Source: Octopus bimaculoides (taxonomy: Eukaryota). Taken from it: 50,921 nt of DNA. The notes beneath the pieces were generated by a model that saw only the letters and a list, made by a program, of their open reading frames with translations, was not told the origin of the DNA and searched no databases. Below, one piece after another: positions 13,419 to 26,988 of the stretch (position 1 is its first letter; every line of letters starts with the position of its first letter). The DNA is taken from the NCBI RefSeq assembly GCF_001194135.2, contig NC_068985.1, positions 1,139,427 to 1,190,347 on the forward strand, in the 5' to 3' direction. A program made the position numbers and the translations under genes.

Positions 13419-13476
<58 letters not shown>

Positions 13477-13489
13477 TTAAAGTAAAAAG

Positions 13490-13775
13490 AACACACAAAC
13501 ACATCGATACAACAAACACAAGTCCTGCTTCAACATACTGTAGAGATGAAACGTCTCAACCCTCACCAAGCATTTATGGTCGTCGTAAGAAAGTACCCTG
13601 AAATACAACATAAAATGGAAGATAGTGGAGAAATGCAAGGCTTACTTCAATAATAGCAGGAAGTGCAGCTGAGTAGGAGGAAGAATACCTAGCCAAGAAA
13701 AGAGCCAACACTCAAGCAATTCTATCTGAACAGCAGAAGTGAAATTTTTAATCCTTGCCCACATTGTGTCATACT
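13490..13775 (+). mobile_element. Second Penelope-like GIY-YIG fragment
   Basis: KHRYNKHKSCFNIL*R*NVSTLTKHLWSS*ESTLKYNIKWKIVEKCKAYFNNSRKC ... YLNSRSEIFNPCPH matches the C-terminal half of the PLE endonuclease. Confidence 0.75.
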
Positions 13776-14589
13776 TACATGCCCCATCGTGTTTATAATG
13801 GCCAGTTCAGCTTTTTCACCACCAGTACCTGGGAATCTGGCAAAGAGTTTGACTAGAATATACATAAACGCACTCACAGACACATACATGCCCTAACACG
13901 GAGGACAACTGCTCAATGGATCTTTTTCCACCCCAATATTAGCTTACACAAATACTCCAAAGAATTTAACCAAAACACAAACAAAACATACACAGGTAAC
14001 TATGCAATATTTGAGCTCCCACCCTCGTCGCAAAAGTCCTACACATATAGTACCACTGCCCACATTCCAATTCGACAAGAAAATCAATCCCAAAGCATAC
14101 AGATATTTCTCATACACACTTACCAGAAAACTCTTGTTGCTTTGTAACACCCCCAGAGGGGGGAGGGGTTCATGCTAAGGGACATGAGTCTAAAATTAAC
14201 TCTTGCTCAGTTTATTTCAGCATCTTTTTCACAGCAACCACAAACCGGATCTATCTTTTCCCATTCAACATCAAAGTAGAGACCAGTCGCCTTATTTTCT
14301 TCCAGAACTGCTATCTCTGAAGATTGCTCTGTACTCTTTGATTAATACATTCACTCTATTGACAAATATATAAGTACCTCAGTTTGTGTCTCTTTGAGCC
14401 CTTGTGGCTAATAAAGAACGTATGATTATTATTTTGTTGTTGTCATTAATATTGTTCAAATCAATGAGTACAATAGAATGCATTTTTGTCAGTCTAGTGA
14501 CTTTCAAATAAAACAGTGACTTTCAAACCTAATACTCTTAGTGAACACATAACCACAGGGTTTAGTGATCGATCTCTCTATCTCTCTGT

Positions 14590-14811
14590 CTATATATGTG
14601 TGAATGTGTGTGTGTGTGTGTGCATGTATGTGTGCAAGTGTGTGTGTATGCATGTGTGTATATGTGTGTATATGTGCATGCATGTATGCGTGCATGCATG
14701 CACATGTGTGCATGTGTGTGTACCTGCACATGCATGTGTACATGTGTGTATGTGTGAGTGCATGTGTGTGTGTGTCTGTGTGTGTGTGTGTGCCTGTGTA
14801 TGTGTGTGTGC

Positions 14812-14872
<61 letters not shown>
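14590..14872. repeat. Compound (TG)n microsatellite
   Basis: Directly visible. Confidence 0.95.
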
Positions 14873-14876
<4 letters not shown>

Positions 14877-15321
14877 GTTGAGGGATCATGACTATCTTCA
14901 TACCTGTTTGACTCCTGTGTGAATGCATCCAATCATAAAGTTCCTTTCAAGAGATGCATGGAAACTTCCTTAACATTTGGAATTTACTCTGAAAATATAT
15001 TCAGAAGGAAAAGAATAGTCAGAGAAAAGCATTGTGTGTCATTAGTTGGTTGCAAAGTAACTGTGTCTATATATATTATTTTATTCTTTTACTTGTTTCA
15101 GTCATTTGACTGCAGCCATGCTGGAGCACTGCTTTAAAGGGCTGTTTAGTCAAAGAAATCGTCCCCAGGCCTTATTGTTTGTAAGCCTAGTATTTATTCT
15201 ATCAGTTCTCTTTTGCTGAACTACCAAGTTATAGGGACATAAACACACCAACATTGGTTGTCAAGTGATGATGGGGCACAAACACAGACACAAAGACATA
15301 CACACATAAATATATATATAC

Positions 15322-15367
<46 letters not shown>

Positions 15368-15495
15368 CAGGCTTCTTTCCGTTTCCGTCTACCAAATCCA
15401 CTCACAAACCTTTGGTTGCCCAAGGTGTCATGTGGTGGGACTGAATCCAGAACCATGTGGTTGGAAAGCAAGCTTCTTACCACACAGCCATACCT

Positions 15496-15498
<3 letters not shown>
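15368..15498 (-). mobile_element. SINE family A copy between (TG)n and (CA)n arrays
   Basis: Same head and body as the copies at 50180-50312 and 39600-39752. Confidence 0.85.
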
Positions 15499-15550
<52 letters not shown>

Positions 15551-15588
15551 NNNNNNNNNNNNNNNNNNNNNNNNNNNNNNNNNNNNNN

Positions 15589-15621
<33 letters not shown>

Positions 15622-16120
15622 AATATACACACAGAAAGAAAGAAAAAGAAGGAGAAAGAGAGAGAAATAAGAGAGAAGCAGACCCTCCCTTCTAAAGAAT
15701 GGAAGGATACATTGGATAATTTAGATCTGGATATATTCTGTCTGACTGAAAGATGGAATAGTTACAGCTGGAATACCTTTAATCATAAGTCTGTTCAATC
15801 ATGGCTGATCTGAAGGAAATAGCTACAAAGAAGAAAATGCTGATCATGACAATGACTATGATGCGGACGATGACGACGACGATGACGATGATGATGATGG
15901 CTATCACTACCATTTTCATTTCCTCCTAACCCTTACACAATGATTGTGTAGAAGATGATGATGGCTATGATGGTAATGATGAGAAATATATGAAGTATGA
16001 TGATGGTGGTGGTGGTGGTGATGATGATGACGACGAAGATGAATGATAACAAACGAGTGGAAGTCAGAGCAAGTGACAAGTTTGGCATCAATATTCTTTG
16101 CAATGAAATGCAGTACTTAC

Positions 16121-16187
16121 CACTATAAAGATGATTTTGTTCTTTACTGACATCAGCTTTTGTGAATATGTCAGACAAGGCCTTAAC
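16121..16187 (-). CDS. Candidate internal exon (VKALSDIFTKADVSKEQNHLYS)
   Basis: ttgtag acceptor and GTAAGT donor bounding 67 nt; the phase-0 frame is open, and so is the phase-2 frame. No homology recognised. Confidence 0.3.
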
Positions 16188-17341
16188 CTACAAGCTTTAT
16201 CTTTGTTTGTGTTCCAGTGTCTGTAAGTATAATGGTGTGTGCGTGTGTGTGTGTTTGTGGTGGGATGAGAGTATATGCTGTACGCTCATATGCACATGGA
16301 TGTACATTTATATATTCACTTACATAGATATAGATGCACATGTATGTGTGTATAAGAATATATGTGAATTGGAATCAGGTGTGTGTTTATGCACTAATAT
16401 CTATATGAGCATGCATATATGCACACACACGCACACTTATGCACACACAGTCATACAGTTTCGGTGCTAAATTTCATACATACATATACATACACTCATC
16501 CTTATGCTTGGTTTTTATAAATATTTGTGTTTATGTATAATTATTTCTTCACATAAGTAGGAAGCCTTCTTTCCATATACTTAAATATATTAAGACTTTC
16601 ATATCTGTACATGTATGCTTACATGTGTGTAGCTCTCTCTCTCTCTCTCTCTCTCTGTATCTATCTATCTATCTATCTAAATATTTCTGTCTCTCTCTCT
16701 CCCTCCCCTTTCCCCCTCTCCCTTTCTCCCTCCCTCTTTCCACCTCTCTCTGTCCCTTTCCACACACATACACCCACAATTTTATGTTTATTTTCCATGC
16801 TGTGGCACAGCTTAGTTGGGTCATCATAGAATGAGTCAATACTTATTCCAAGGCCCATCTCTCCAAGATTTGCTAGAAAACCACATCTCCCTGATTCATT
16901 TCATCTTTGGCTCCGTATCTACAACTAGTTGCCTCTCCTAACACCAACAACTTTATAGAGCTTACCCTAGCATCCGTAAATCAGGAAGAGGTCATATCCT
17001 CAAAAAAAACTAAAGCATGTCACCACTAGTTTTCCATCCACTTCACTGAGTTTCCTGAATAAAGTTAACACAAATGATCTTACACTAACTTTAGAATCAT
17101 TGTTATTATGGGAGAGCAGTAAATGGCAAAATTACTGAGGAAACTTCTGAAAAGGCATGCAGCTTGTACTTCATAATCCACATTTAATCGCATATATTAT
17201 CAAGACACTGAAGGGTCCAATTTAATGAGCTGTAAATACACCATCTTTTAAATATATCTACAGCTGTAATCAGCCATAATTCTGTAAAATTAATGAATAT
17301 TTCATTCAATCCCAGTGCAAACTTTTATATAACTAGTTTAC

Positions 17342-17397
17342 TTAAACAGCAGCAACAGGATAACCTGGACCACAGCTGACCACAGAGAAAACAGCAC
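17342..17397 (-). CDS. Candidate exon (VLFSLWSAVVQVILLLLF, hydrophobic/TM-like)
   Basis: Strong ttttcattgttcctttgtag acceptor, gtaaac donor, 56 nt. Confidence 0.25.
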
Positions 17398-17959
17398 CTA
17401 CAAAGGAACAATGAAAATATTGTCATTCTTCGGATGTTACAATTGGAAGACAAACGCTTGAATCAGTTTGTGTTTGTATGGAATGGTAAATGACAGGAAG
17501 TTTACTGTGCAAGTGATGGAAAGATATGAGAAAAATGTCTGAAACATGTATTTCCATTTCTTAGGTGAGCATGGAAAAATCCAAATGGAAAAGAAGCTCT
17601 GGAAAAGATATACAAGATGTCTGCATGCTCTTTCTGGCTCTGTCAGTGTGAAGAAGTAATAGAGTGGAAAATATCTGAGAGTGGCAAAGAGCATAGGTCT
17701 GAGACGAGACAACTTTGAGTTTTGGTTGTTGCTTTCCTGAAAGAGTCAAGAACAGAGGTTTGGGTGAGAGACTTCTGAGAACTTGATGCCTGATATCTGA
17801 TTCTTTGAAACCAACTTTGTGAGTTCAATCCATGCCTCACTGGAAGGGTAAGATATAGAATATTTTGATGGCGGAAAATTCCTCAGATAATTTTTAACCA
17901 AGTGATTTGGTTAACATTTGTGCTGAAACTCATTTCTAACCAAAAGAAATGCAGTTAAC

Positions 17960-18780
17960 AAGTGCAGTGACTGAACAGCACAACTTGCAGACAAGCAATG
18001 ATTTTATGCAGTATTATGTATGCATAAATAGTCAGATGTGTAAAGAGAGGGAAAGTGTGTGTCTGCCGTATGTAGTTTGTACAAGGTAAGAGATAAACAA
18101 AAGTATGGAAGAACAGTAAAAGCAGAATACACCATGGTAACATTTGTAGTGTCATTTCCTATTAGTTTATGGAAGTCATTTGTGACATCCGTGTATTTAA
18201 TGCAAGTTTTTATATGTGCTATAAGAGCACTCTCTCCGTTGTAATAGGGACGTCTGTCTAGTTTGATTTGGAAAGGTGGACGTTCAGATTTTTTGTTGGT
18301 AAGAATGCTTCTTGAAATATTACTTCATAAATATTGTGGATGATGAAGATGGAATTATTTTGTTTGTTCCATCGTGTTTTCAATGCCATTAGTACTGTAT
18401 CACAGAGTTTCTAAAGCTTTTGCATCACATTTACCAATTTATTTTTTGTGTGTTACATGTTTAAATGTATTCTGTGGAGGTTTTGGCTGGGTGACCATAG
18501 ATAATGGTACTTTTGGTTTACAATGTGGTTCTTGTTACTATCGTTATCCATGTAAAGTATATTTCCTGGATTATTTTAAAATTTTGTTGTCTGGTGATTT
18601 TGTAAGTATTTTCACAAGTTGTATCCCTTTTCCCTCTACTAATCAAAGTATTACAATCAGTCATGAAGGTAGTGTCATAGCTTTTGAAGAAGATTCAGCT
18701 GCAATTTCTTGCACATTGAGCAAGTATTTCAAGGCTTCTTTGGTAGCTTGCTCCACAGCAGGACACAATGATTAGATAGC
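17960..18780 (-). mobile_element. Possible very old retroelement remnant (PLE-like)
   Basis: Only weak motifs (RSILTNKKSERPPF, ESALIAH) in broken frames; the assignment is uncertain. Confidence 0.25.
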
Positions 18781-19145
18781 TTATCATTGCTTTTTTTAGA
18801 TTTGCAATTTATTCAAAATGGAAACTGTTTGGCTGCCGAAAGATAAATAGATTGAATAGTCCCATCAGAGGCACCAATTCGGAATTTCTGTTAATGCTTC
18901 ACTCTCTACTTTTGCAAGATTGTAAGATTTAAGTGTAAGACAATTGATCACATGACCATTATATCAAATCATGTTAGATTCAGTTTTTTCTGCCACTGGA
19001 AACAGCAAATTATTCTGCTTGGTTGAGCAAAGATATTATTTCCACTTAACGGCTGAGTGATTAGGGAAAGAAATGACATCCAATTGGAAAAAAAAAAGTT
19101 GTGCCAACAATATATAAATGAAAAAATTTACAAAAACTATCTTAC

Positions 19146-19210
19146 TTATTCTCATGTGGGAGAAAGAAAACAGCGTAGAAGTAAATTCTATCTGACTATC
19201 TACCATTTCA
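19146..19210 (-). CDS. Candidate exon (EMVDSQIEFTSTLFSFSHMRI)
   Basis: ttacag acceptor, gtaaga donor, 65 nt, one open frame. Confidence 0.2.
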
Positions 19211-19969
19211 CTGTAACTGATTCATGATAGAACGGAGAATGTTATTTGAGAGTATATATAATAACCATTATATTTGTAACCCACCATGCAACAGTGCTAT
19301 ACTGGATTAACAATTTGAAGAATTATATTATTGGTGATACTGCTTTAAGCATTCCTCCTGCTAAGATCTGCTGGAGTTGGCAGATCCTCAAATTATTCTC
19401 TTGTAGTTTTGTTGTTAAATTTTGTTTTTCCTATTATGATGATGTATGCTGCCTAAATACAAATTAAACATGCAGATCCTTGAAACATAAAAATTTCTCT
19501 GGCTTAAGATTGGCCTGTTAACTAAATAAAAACTTGCTTCTCAATATATATTTTTAAAAAAATGATTTACCTTTTGTTAACAGTTATAAGTTGAAAAGAG
19601 ATTAGCAGCTAACAATGTTCTACAAATCCTTAACATGCTCAGTTCAGAGTGTTGGTATCTGAACTCCATATTCAGAGTACTAAAAGGGTACATCCTTCAA
19701 ATAAAAAGAAATTGACTGAAATCTGCTAAATAAAATTACCTGGAATTCATAATCTGTGAATCTAATACCCTACCACAACTAACAACTGACTGCAAACAAG
19801 GGTCCCACATTCGAGACATGTCATTATTATTATTTTCTATTTGAAATTTCTCATTCCCAACTGATTTTAAGTCATTCTCTGAATAGGTTTGCTTGATTAA
19901 CTATTCATCTTTATCTTGGAAAGCTTGCTGTATCTCAATGGTTCTCAACTCCCTGTCTCTGTGTCTTTG

Positions 19970-20284
19970 TGAAGGCACAGAGCCTAATGGCTACGAGTAT
20001 TTAGCTCACGATCATAAGGTTGTGAGTTCAATTCCTGGTGGTGCATTGTCTCCTTGAGCAAGACACTTTATTTCCCATTGTTCCAGTCCACTAAGCTGGC
20101 AACGATTTGTAATCCAAAGGGCCAGCATTGTCACATTCTGTGTCATGCTGAATCTCCCTGAGAACTACATTGAGGGTATGTGTGTCTGTGGAATGCTCAG
20201 TCACGTGCACGTTACTTTTACAAACAGGCTGTTATATTGATCAGATCAACTGGAACCCTCGTCGTCATAACCAATGGAGTGCCA
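19970..20284 (+). mobile_element. tRNA-derived SINE family B
   Basis: tRNA-like head (gaaggc..tggct..gagtatt.agctcacgatcataaggttgtgagttcaattcc, B-box GTTCAATTCC) followed by tgtctccttgagcaagacact, a central domain typical of CORE/V-type SINEs. Confidence 0.8.
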
Positions 20285-20454
20285 TTATTTATTCTGACTG
20301 ACCAATCAATGCTTAGTTAAACTGGATAGTAAGTAAATGCTTAGCCTACTCCCACTATATCAAAACTTTGGCTAAGCATCAATTGGGTATTGGTATGAGA
20401 ACTGTGCAGGTTGTGTACCAGGGTATAATCAATAACAAGGCCTAAAGTTTTATA

Positions 20455-21295
20455 TGAGATGCATTCAAAATGCATCCAACTTTATTTTTTTCTGCCATAA
20501 CTGATGCTGCATGGGCAAAATCCTTTGGAAGGAAGGTGATACTACTAATCCTTATGTATGAAAATGTTTGTGCCAGTAGGCTGGCTGTTACACCTTGTGC
20601 ACATACATGTAGCGTGTGCTCATCAGATTTCGTTTCCACTAAATGCATTGAGCAGAGATGTTGCATCAAGTTTTGCCAAAAAGCTTGGCAATACTTAAGC
20701 TCAAACCACCCAGAAGATTCTGCAGGCCTTTGGCAATTATGTCACGGGCAAAACTAAGATCAAGGTGTGTTACAATTGCTTGAAACATGGCTGTAACTCA
20801 GTGGAGAGTGAGGCATGCTCGGGCAGGCCATCCACAACAAGGAGCTGACTGGGAAGGTTCTGTAAACAGTCATGGAATATTGTCACATGACAATCCAGGA
20901 AATTGCTCTCAAAGTAGGAATATACACAGGATCAGTGCATTCCACTTTAACAGAGGATTTGTGCATGTGGAGAGTGTCAGCAAAACTCATCCCCAAGGCG
21001 TTGGTGGAGCAACAAAGCAACTCTGCATGGAAACCACTCAGGACATGCTGAAGTGTGCAAACTCTGACATAGATTTCATGAAGACTATCATCACTGGTGA
21101 TGAGACATGGGTTTATGGTCTCTGCTCAAAGTGTTTGGTCATCTTGAGTGAAGACGAACATCTGCACTCTATGAATAACAGCAGAGAACTGACGTGAACC
21201 ACCTCAGCAAAAATTTTCTCACATGTGCAGAAAGGGTTGCATCATCTCCTACCCCAAGGAAAAAATAAAGTTGGATACTTTTCGAATGCGCCTTT
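20455..21295 (+). mobile_element. Internally deleted mariner (Tc1/mariner DD34D) element
   Basis: TIRs gcattcaaaatgcatccaactttatttttt and aaaaaataaagttggatacttttcgaatgc. Transposase remnants EQRCCIKFC.. and MKTIITGDETWVYG. Confidence 0.9.
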
Positions 21296-22329
21296 TTGAT
21301 ATGCAATGGCACCCAATTAAATAACTTCATTTTTGGAGTTCCTTTACTGTTATTAAAGAAAACATTTTAAATATTTTTACTGTAATTAATGAATCCAAAC
21401 TCCCTCGTTATCATCATTATTTATACATTTTATCAAGGATCAAATTGTTGTAAAGTTTCATTTATTTATTTAATTCTTCCTAGGCATATAATACTTTGTT
21501 ATTTAATACATTCTTCTGTCTTTTTAGACAGGAGGGAAATTTAGCTTCTGTTTCTTGCAGGTGGAAAAACCACATAAAAACTCCCTTACTGGTTCAACAG
21601 ATACTTCTGTATATGCAAGAAGAATCCAATAAATTGATTGTAATATTAAATGATTTATCTATGATACTAGATTGAAAGCCTTTCTGTGCTCCATTGAAAG
21701 GCAAGGATAAATATAAAACATGTCTTTCTAATTCCAACAGAAAACGTCAACTTACACAAAGATATTATCTTAGGATTTTGTTATTATCAATGGAAAACTG
21801 TTATTTAAGAGAACTTATTTAAGAAGTGATGCAACAAGCTGACAAAGAGGAAACTTCAACAAAATTCATGCAATGTGAGGACAAGCAACCAATTCAAAAA
21901 TGTATCCCATAAATATTAGAAGAATCAAACATTTGAAATGATATTCTAATAAGCAGGAAAGATGTATTATATAAAATTTAAGGTATGATGCTCTATATGT
22001 CATGAATAAAAAAATTCTGAACTGGAATTTCCATTTTAGTTAGAGAAAGAAGGCAAAAACCTTGTCAGAGTTGTTAGCATCTCTCAAAGAAATAGGGAGA
22101 TAGTTCCAAATAATTAAGAAATATCCTTACAAAGTTAATTAATATGTTTTGAGGAAAGTTTGATAATTGTCTATTAGCAAAAATTTTTAAAAAGCCCCAA
22201 CTCTGAGCATTTTCAGTCTACTAGACTTAATCAGGAGTCAAAGAAAAATGTTTGATTAGTTGACAAACATTTTTACATACAGAAAAATGATTACCAGCAT
22301 CTTTTGGCCAATATTATTTACAAAAGCAG

Positions 22330-22530
22330 GGTGACGAGTTGGAAGAAACATTAGCATGCCAAGCAAAATGCTTAAATCTGTCTTTACGTTCTGAGTTCAA
22401 ATTCTGCTGAGGTCGACTTTGCCTTTCATCCTTTGGGGATAAATTAAGTACCAGCTGCATACAAAGGTCGATCTAATTGACTGCTCTCCTCCCTCAAAAT
22501 TTCAGGTCTTGTGCCTAGAGAAGAAAAGAA
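22330..22530 (+). mobile_element. SINE family C (MetaSINE-like)
   Basis: Central ctgagttcaaatt..gaggtcgactttgcctttcatcctttggggataaattaagtacc, shared with 32423-32670 and 35160-35350. Confidence 0.8.
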
Positions 22531-22853
22531 TATGATTTACAAAAGCAGACCCAAAAATAATTCCTCAGGGAAATAACTGAAATAAATTAGTGACATAAAT
22601 TTCGCTAAATAAATTAATTAATAATGTTCTGAATGCTGTATGGAGCATTTTTTAATTTGTTGGAAATTCACTCATCATTTGTGAAAAAAAAACAAAAAAC
22701 AAAATCATCAAAATAGATTTAGGTATGCAACACAAGCCTAGTGAAGTCAAATAGACTGAATCCGGTCCATCGTTGATGAGTGCCTCCAAACAGATATTAG
22801 GTTTTTCTCTAAGTATATAAATTAAGTCTATGACCAATTTTTAATTTCTTAAG

Positions 22854-22937
22854 GTTATACACCCTGGTCTTTGAAAACTACCAACAGTTGTTGCTGGCAG
22901 AATTTTCAATGAATTATTTCTTTGCATATGATATTCA
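22854..22937 (+). CDS. Candidate exon (xLYTLVFENYQQLLLAEFSMNYFFAYDI)
   Basis: tttttaatttcttaag acceptor, gtaaac donor, 84-nt symmetric phase 2-2 exon, one open frame. Confidence 0.25.
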
Positions 22938-22981
22938 GTAAACCACTTATCTATCCAAATTCAGTCTATTTATCAACTTAC

Positions 22982-23259
22982 TGTCAATGGTACATTTGAG
23001 TTACTTCCCTTAGCTGATTTTATTTTCAAATTATATACACCACAAAAATACTTATCGTTTGCTGACTTGACTCCTCGTTTATTATTTATTTTTTTTTTGT
23101 CGGGCCAATTCACTGGATTGGAAAGTTTTAAGGCAATTATTATGGAATAAGTGTTATATTTAGAAAAAGGGTTAGCAACAATGACAGGTGGATGAATGAA
23201 AAGCAATATAATTTCTGATTTCCTTGCTACTGTGGTCGATTCAACGTTACTCCTTGAAG
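22982..23259 (-). CDS. Candidate 278-nt coding exon (xSRSNVESTTVARKSEIILLFIHPPVIVANPFSKY...NVPLT)
   Basis: ttttcctttctgcaag acceptor, 92 stop-free codons ending exactly at a GTAAGT donor (22981). No homology recognised. Confidence 0.3.
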
Positions 23260-24357
23260 CTTGCAGAAAGGAAAATAATTACAATATTCTATGACATGTG
23301 CGACATAAAGAGACGTATCTAATTCACAGTCAAGTTAGTGCCAATAGCTTGCCATTGGCAGTCTCAGAGTCTACATCTGCGGTAAATCTCAAGTGAATCT
23401 ATGTTTGCTCTTGAATGAATTGACAAATTCAGACAGAGTATATTAAATATCAATCTAATTCATTTTCTAATAATAAAAACTGCAAATTTTTCTTGCACCA
23501 TGAAATCATGAACTTCACATATCTGTTTAGGTTCTTAACTGCTAGTTATTTACAAACACTTGGGTTTAAAGAGGAAGAGACCCACCACCATCTCACAATT
23601 ATGTTTATCATGACATTAAACTCTTTCACCTATCTGTAACAAGGCGGTAGTTTCATGGTTTAAAAGGCATTTTCTAGCCTACATAAGCAGCGATGTGGAT
23701 GGATGCTTTTGAAAAGCAAACAGCTCTAAGAAGATCACTAGTTGTCAAGAGGTAAAATTAAAAAAAGATGTGAAAGTTGATGTATTTGCATTTAGCTATA
23801 TGTCAGCATTACTGAAACAATATATAATTGCTGTAGAGTTTCCTATTTTCTGAATAACACTAAGACTCTAAGAGGCTTTATTAACTAAATCTGATTTTCC
23901 TTCAACAGGTTTCTGTAGAGTTCTTTTAAACGAGCTAATGGTGTGATTTTTTTTTTTACAGACTCTCAGTACAATAGAAACCATTTCTTGGCGACCATTT
24001 TCTTTGGACATTGAAGTTTGAGGTTGCATTGCATTCCATATTAATTCCTTAGTATAATATACTGGGAGGTTTTTATGATCCTAAGGAGGATTACTGTGAC
24101 CATGATAGCATATATAATGCTATGAACTCAATAGAATGGAATTAATATTTTAATCTCTGCCAGAGATAATCTCATACATAAACATACTCTACACATTTCA
24201 CTCACAAGTATGTATTTATATGCTGGGGAGAGGGTGTAAATTAAAGAGTAAACACACACATTGTATACATACACCAACTGTATGCATATGTGCATGTGTA
24301 TCTGTATGTAAATGGATGTGTACATATACAGGCATATATTTATATACTGCATGTGTG

Positions 24358-24430
<73 letters not shown>

Positions 24431-25667
24431 CTACATATGTATTCCATTTGTAAAACTATTAAATACTTTTTTTACTTTTGTTACCAATTTTAGAATTGAT
24501 TCTTTGTATTATTAAACAATAATAAAAAGAAAAAAATGAACATTTTTTTTAAATGAAAAAGACACCAAAGCACTCGAGAGATCTAAGTATGTAATAGCGA
24601 TATCCAGTATTTTACTGGAGATAGAGTTAAGTAACTGAAACCATAGATTCTATTTGCAGACAATAAATCATTTTAGTTGCAAAACAATAAATAATATGAA
24701 AACAAAAATTTTGAAATAGTTTCTTGTTGTTAGTCAACCATTGAAATCTGCATATAAAACACCAGAAATAATGCAATATCTACAGAAAAAACTCCATATA
24801 TTAAATATCTTCGTTCTATATATTTAGAAATGATATTTCTTTTTTCTTTTATTTTATCTTTTAGCAATTCAACATTTGATATTTTTAGTTTTAAATATTT
24901 TTTTTTCTTAACAATTTATTTTGTTGTCTTTTACATCCTGTTGGAGTTTGAACATTAGTATCTTGTCCATTATTGGACATTAGAGATTTGTTCCAGTAAT
25001 AAAAACCAGCAAGTCACCAGTGACACAACGGTTGCTCATTCTCAATTTAGCATTCTGCCAGTGTGGATTCACTGATTTATAGTCAGAGAAATTGATGGAT
25101 CCACTCTAAAATCAAACTTGCAATCTTGTAATCACTTCTTATTCAGACTGTAAGTCTGTCTCACTTTATCAACACACAGCTGACCTAAGTCTACCAAGGC
25201 TATGAATCTATGTTCCTTTACACAATTAATCTGGGAAAGATTTCAAAATTTGCATTTCATCAAATGAACTTTTACACATTTCAACTTGATGGATTAGTCC
25301 ATTGTAACAGACGCTAAGAATTTTACAGCAAGGTGTGTATATATATACATATATATATATATGCGAGTAAAAATAAATACAAAAAAGGTGGTTTTTTTTT
25401 GTATGATTGTGTATAGAGGAATATATTATTTTGTTTAAAAGAGTTCCAACACTGTCTGTTTTTTTATGTTTTATTTATATTCCTGCAGAACCAATGTGGG
25501 GTATAGAATATGGAATATACAATATATAATATAATATACAATATATAATATAAAATAAAATAAAATAAAAATGGATGGCACCATGAAAGAAAGTATTGAA
25601 TGTAGATGAAATATTGAGTGTTCAATATAAAGGATCAAATATATAAATATAAATATAAATATATAAA

Positions 25668-25707
25668 GGCGACTCGAGTTTCAGGGCTACTTCCCTTCGT
25701 CATGGCC
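25668..25707 (-). ncRNA. Minimal type I hammerhead ribozyme, PLE-type
   Basis: Reverse complement reads ggc-C(A)UGACGA-aggg aagtag ccct-GAAA-ctcgag-UC-gcc. All three stems are present and stem III is palindromic; there is one extra A in the core. Confidence 0.7.
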
Positions 25708-26069
25708 GGTNNNNNNNNNNNNNNNNNNNNNNNNNNNNNNNNNNNNNNNNNNNNNNNNNNNNNNNNNNNNNNNNNNNNNNNNNNNNNNNNNNNNNNNNNN
25801 NNNNNNNNNNNNNNNNNNNNNNNNNNNNNNNNNNNNNNNNNNNNNNNNNNNNNNNNNNNNNNNNNNNNNNNNNNNNNNNNNNNNNNNNNNNNNNNNNNNN
25901 NNNNNNNNNNNNNNNNNNNNNNNNNNNNNNNNNNNNNNNNNNNNNNNNNNNNNNNNNNNNNNNNNNNNNNNNTATATATTGTATATTCCATATTCTATAC
26001 CCCACATTGGTTCTGCAGGAATATAAATAAAACATAAAAAACAGACAGTGTTGGAACTCTTTTAAACAA

Positions 26070-26117
<48 letters not shown>

Positions 26118-26988
26118 TACTCTAAATCCACAGAAAAGCCTATAGCAGCTAAATTCTAACCAGAATAAATAAACAAATGGGAATGACATAACATTGTGTC
26201 CAAACTAGAGCAAAGGTAAATTTAATGTGATGTGACTAGACTTGTTGCTATGGTTATTTATTTATTTATTTATTATGCCATAACCAATTGAATTTACTTC
26301 TGCATGCATCAAATATCTTTTCAGTATTCAGTGAGTAAATAAAACAAGTTATATGTAATTGACCAATATCTAAATGTAATGTCTAACTATACTCATTTGT
26401 TCTGATGGAAGTCATTTTAAAGCTAACTGAAGTTAACTTCATTTTATCTGCGTTCAATCATTGAGATATGAAAAAAAACTGCCAGTAGTGTAACATCAAC
26501 GGGAGAAATAATCATAAGATTAATTGAAGAGTAATTAAAAAAGTAGTGAAAGTGATTAAAGTAGGAATAGCTTCAAGTCTTTGAAGAGTAGTTGCTCAGA
26601 ATATATAGACACTGTCTAATGGCAGGGTATGATTTCAGGGTGGTTAATTGCTATTTCTAGAAGACTTAATAACTACACCAAGGCTTCCACATCAGAAGAT
26701 AGAGGTACTTTCCTCCAAAATATTTTAAAGAATTTTGTATAACGTCAGTTATATGTAACAATGTAGCTGTAATGAAAATTAAGTTAATTCCAACACTGTC
26801 TGTATGAATATAGTATTCTAATAAAAAATGGTAAATGTCATATCACTATTTGCTATACATTTAAAACTGAAAATGCAGTCAAAAAAGAGACAGAAATTGT
26901 CAGATATATCTTTGAAGATACAATACTGCCACACTTCACAAGGCAAAGAAACTTCGAAATCAAAATAAGAGACTCTAGACATGATATA

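Noticed and set aside
15690-15812. Protein-like KEWKDTLDNLDLDIFCLTERWNS
   Set aside because: It is the reverse complement of an interspersed repeat also seen at about 8530-8580 (gacctatgatcaaagg.attccagctgtgacc).
16966-17054. Exon-like segment with a strong acceptor and GTAAGC donor (minus strand)
   Set aside because: Stops in all three frames; could only be UTR, non-coding or chance.
21535-21600. Strong plus-strand acceptor ttctgtttcttgcag
   Set aside because: Part of a repeat (gatttagctgctatttctagcagg..) that recurs at about 8610 and 26640.
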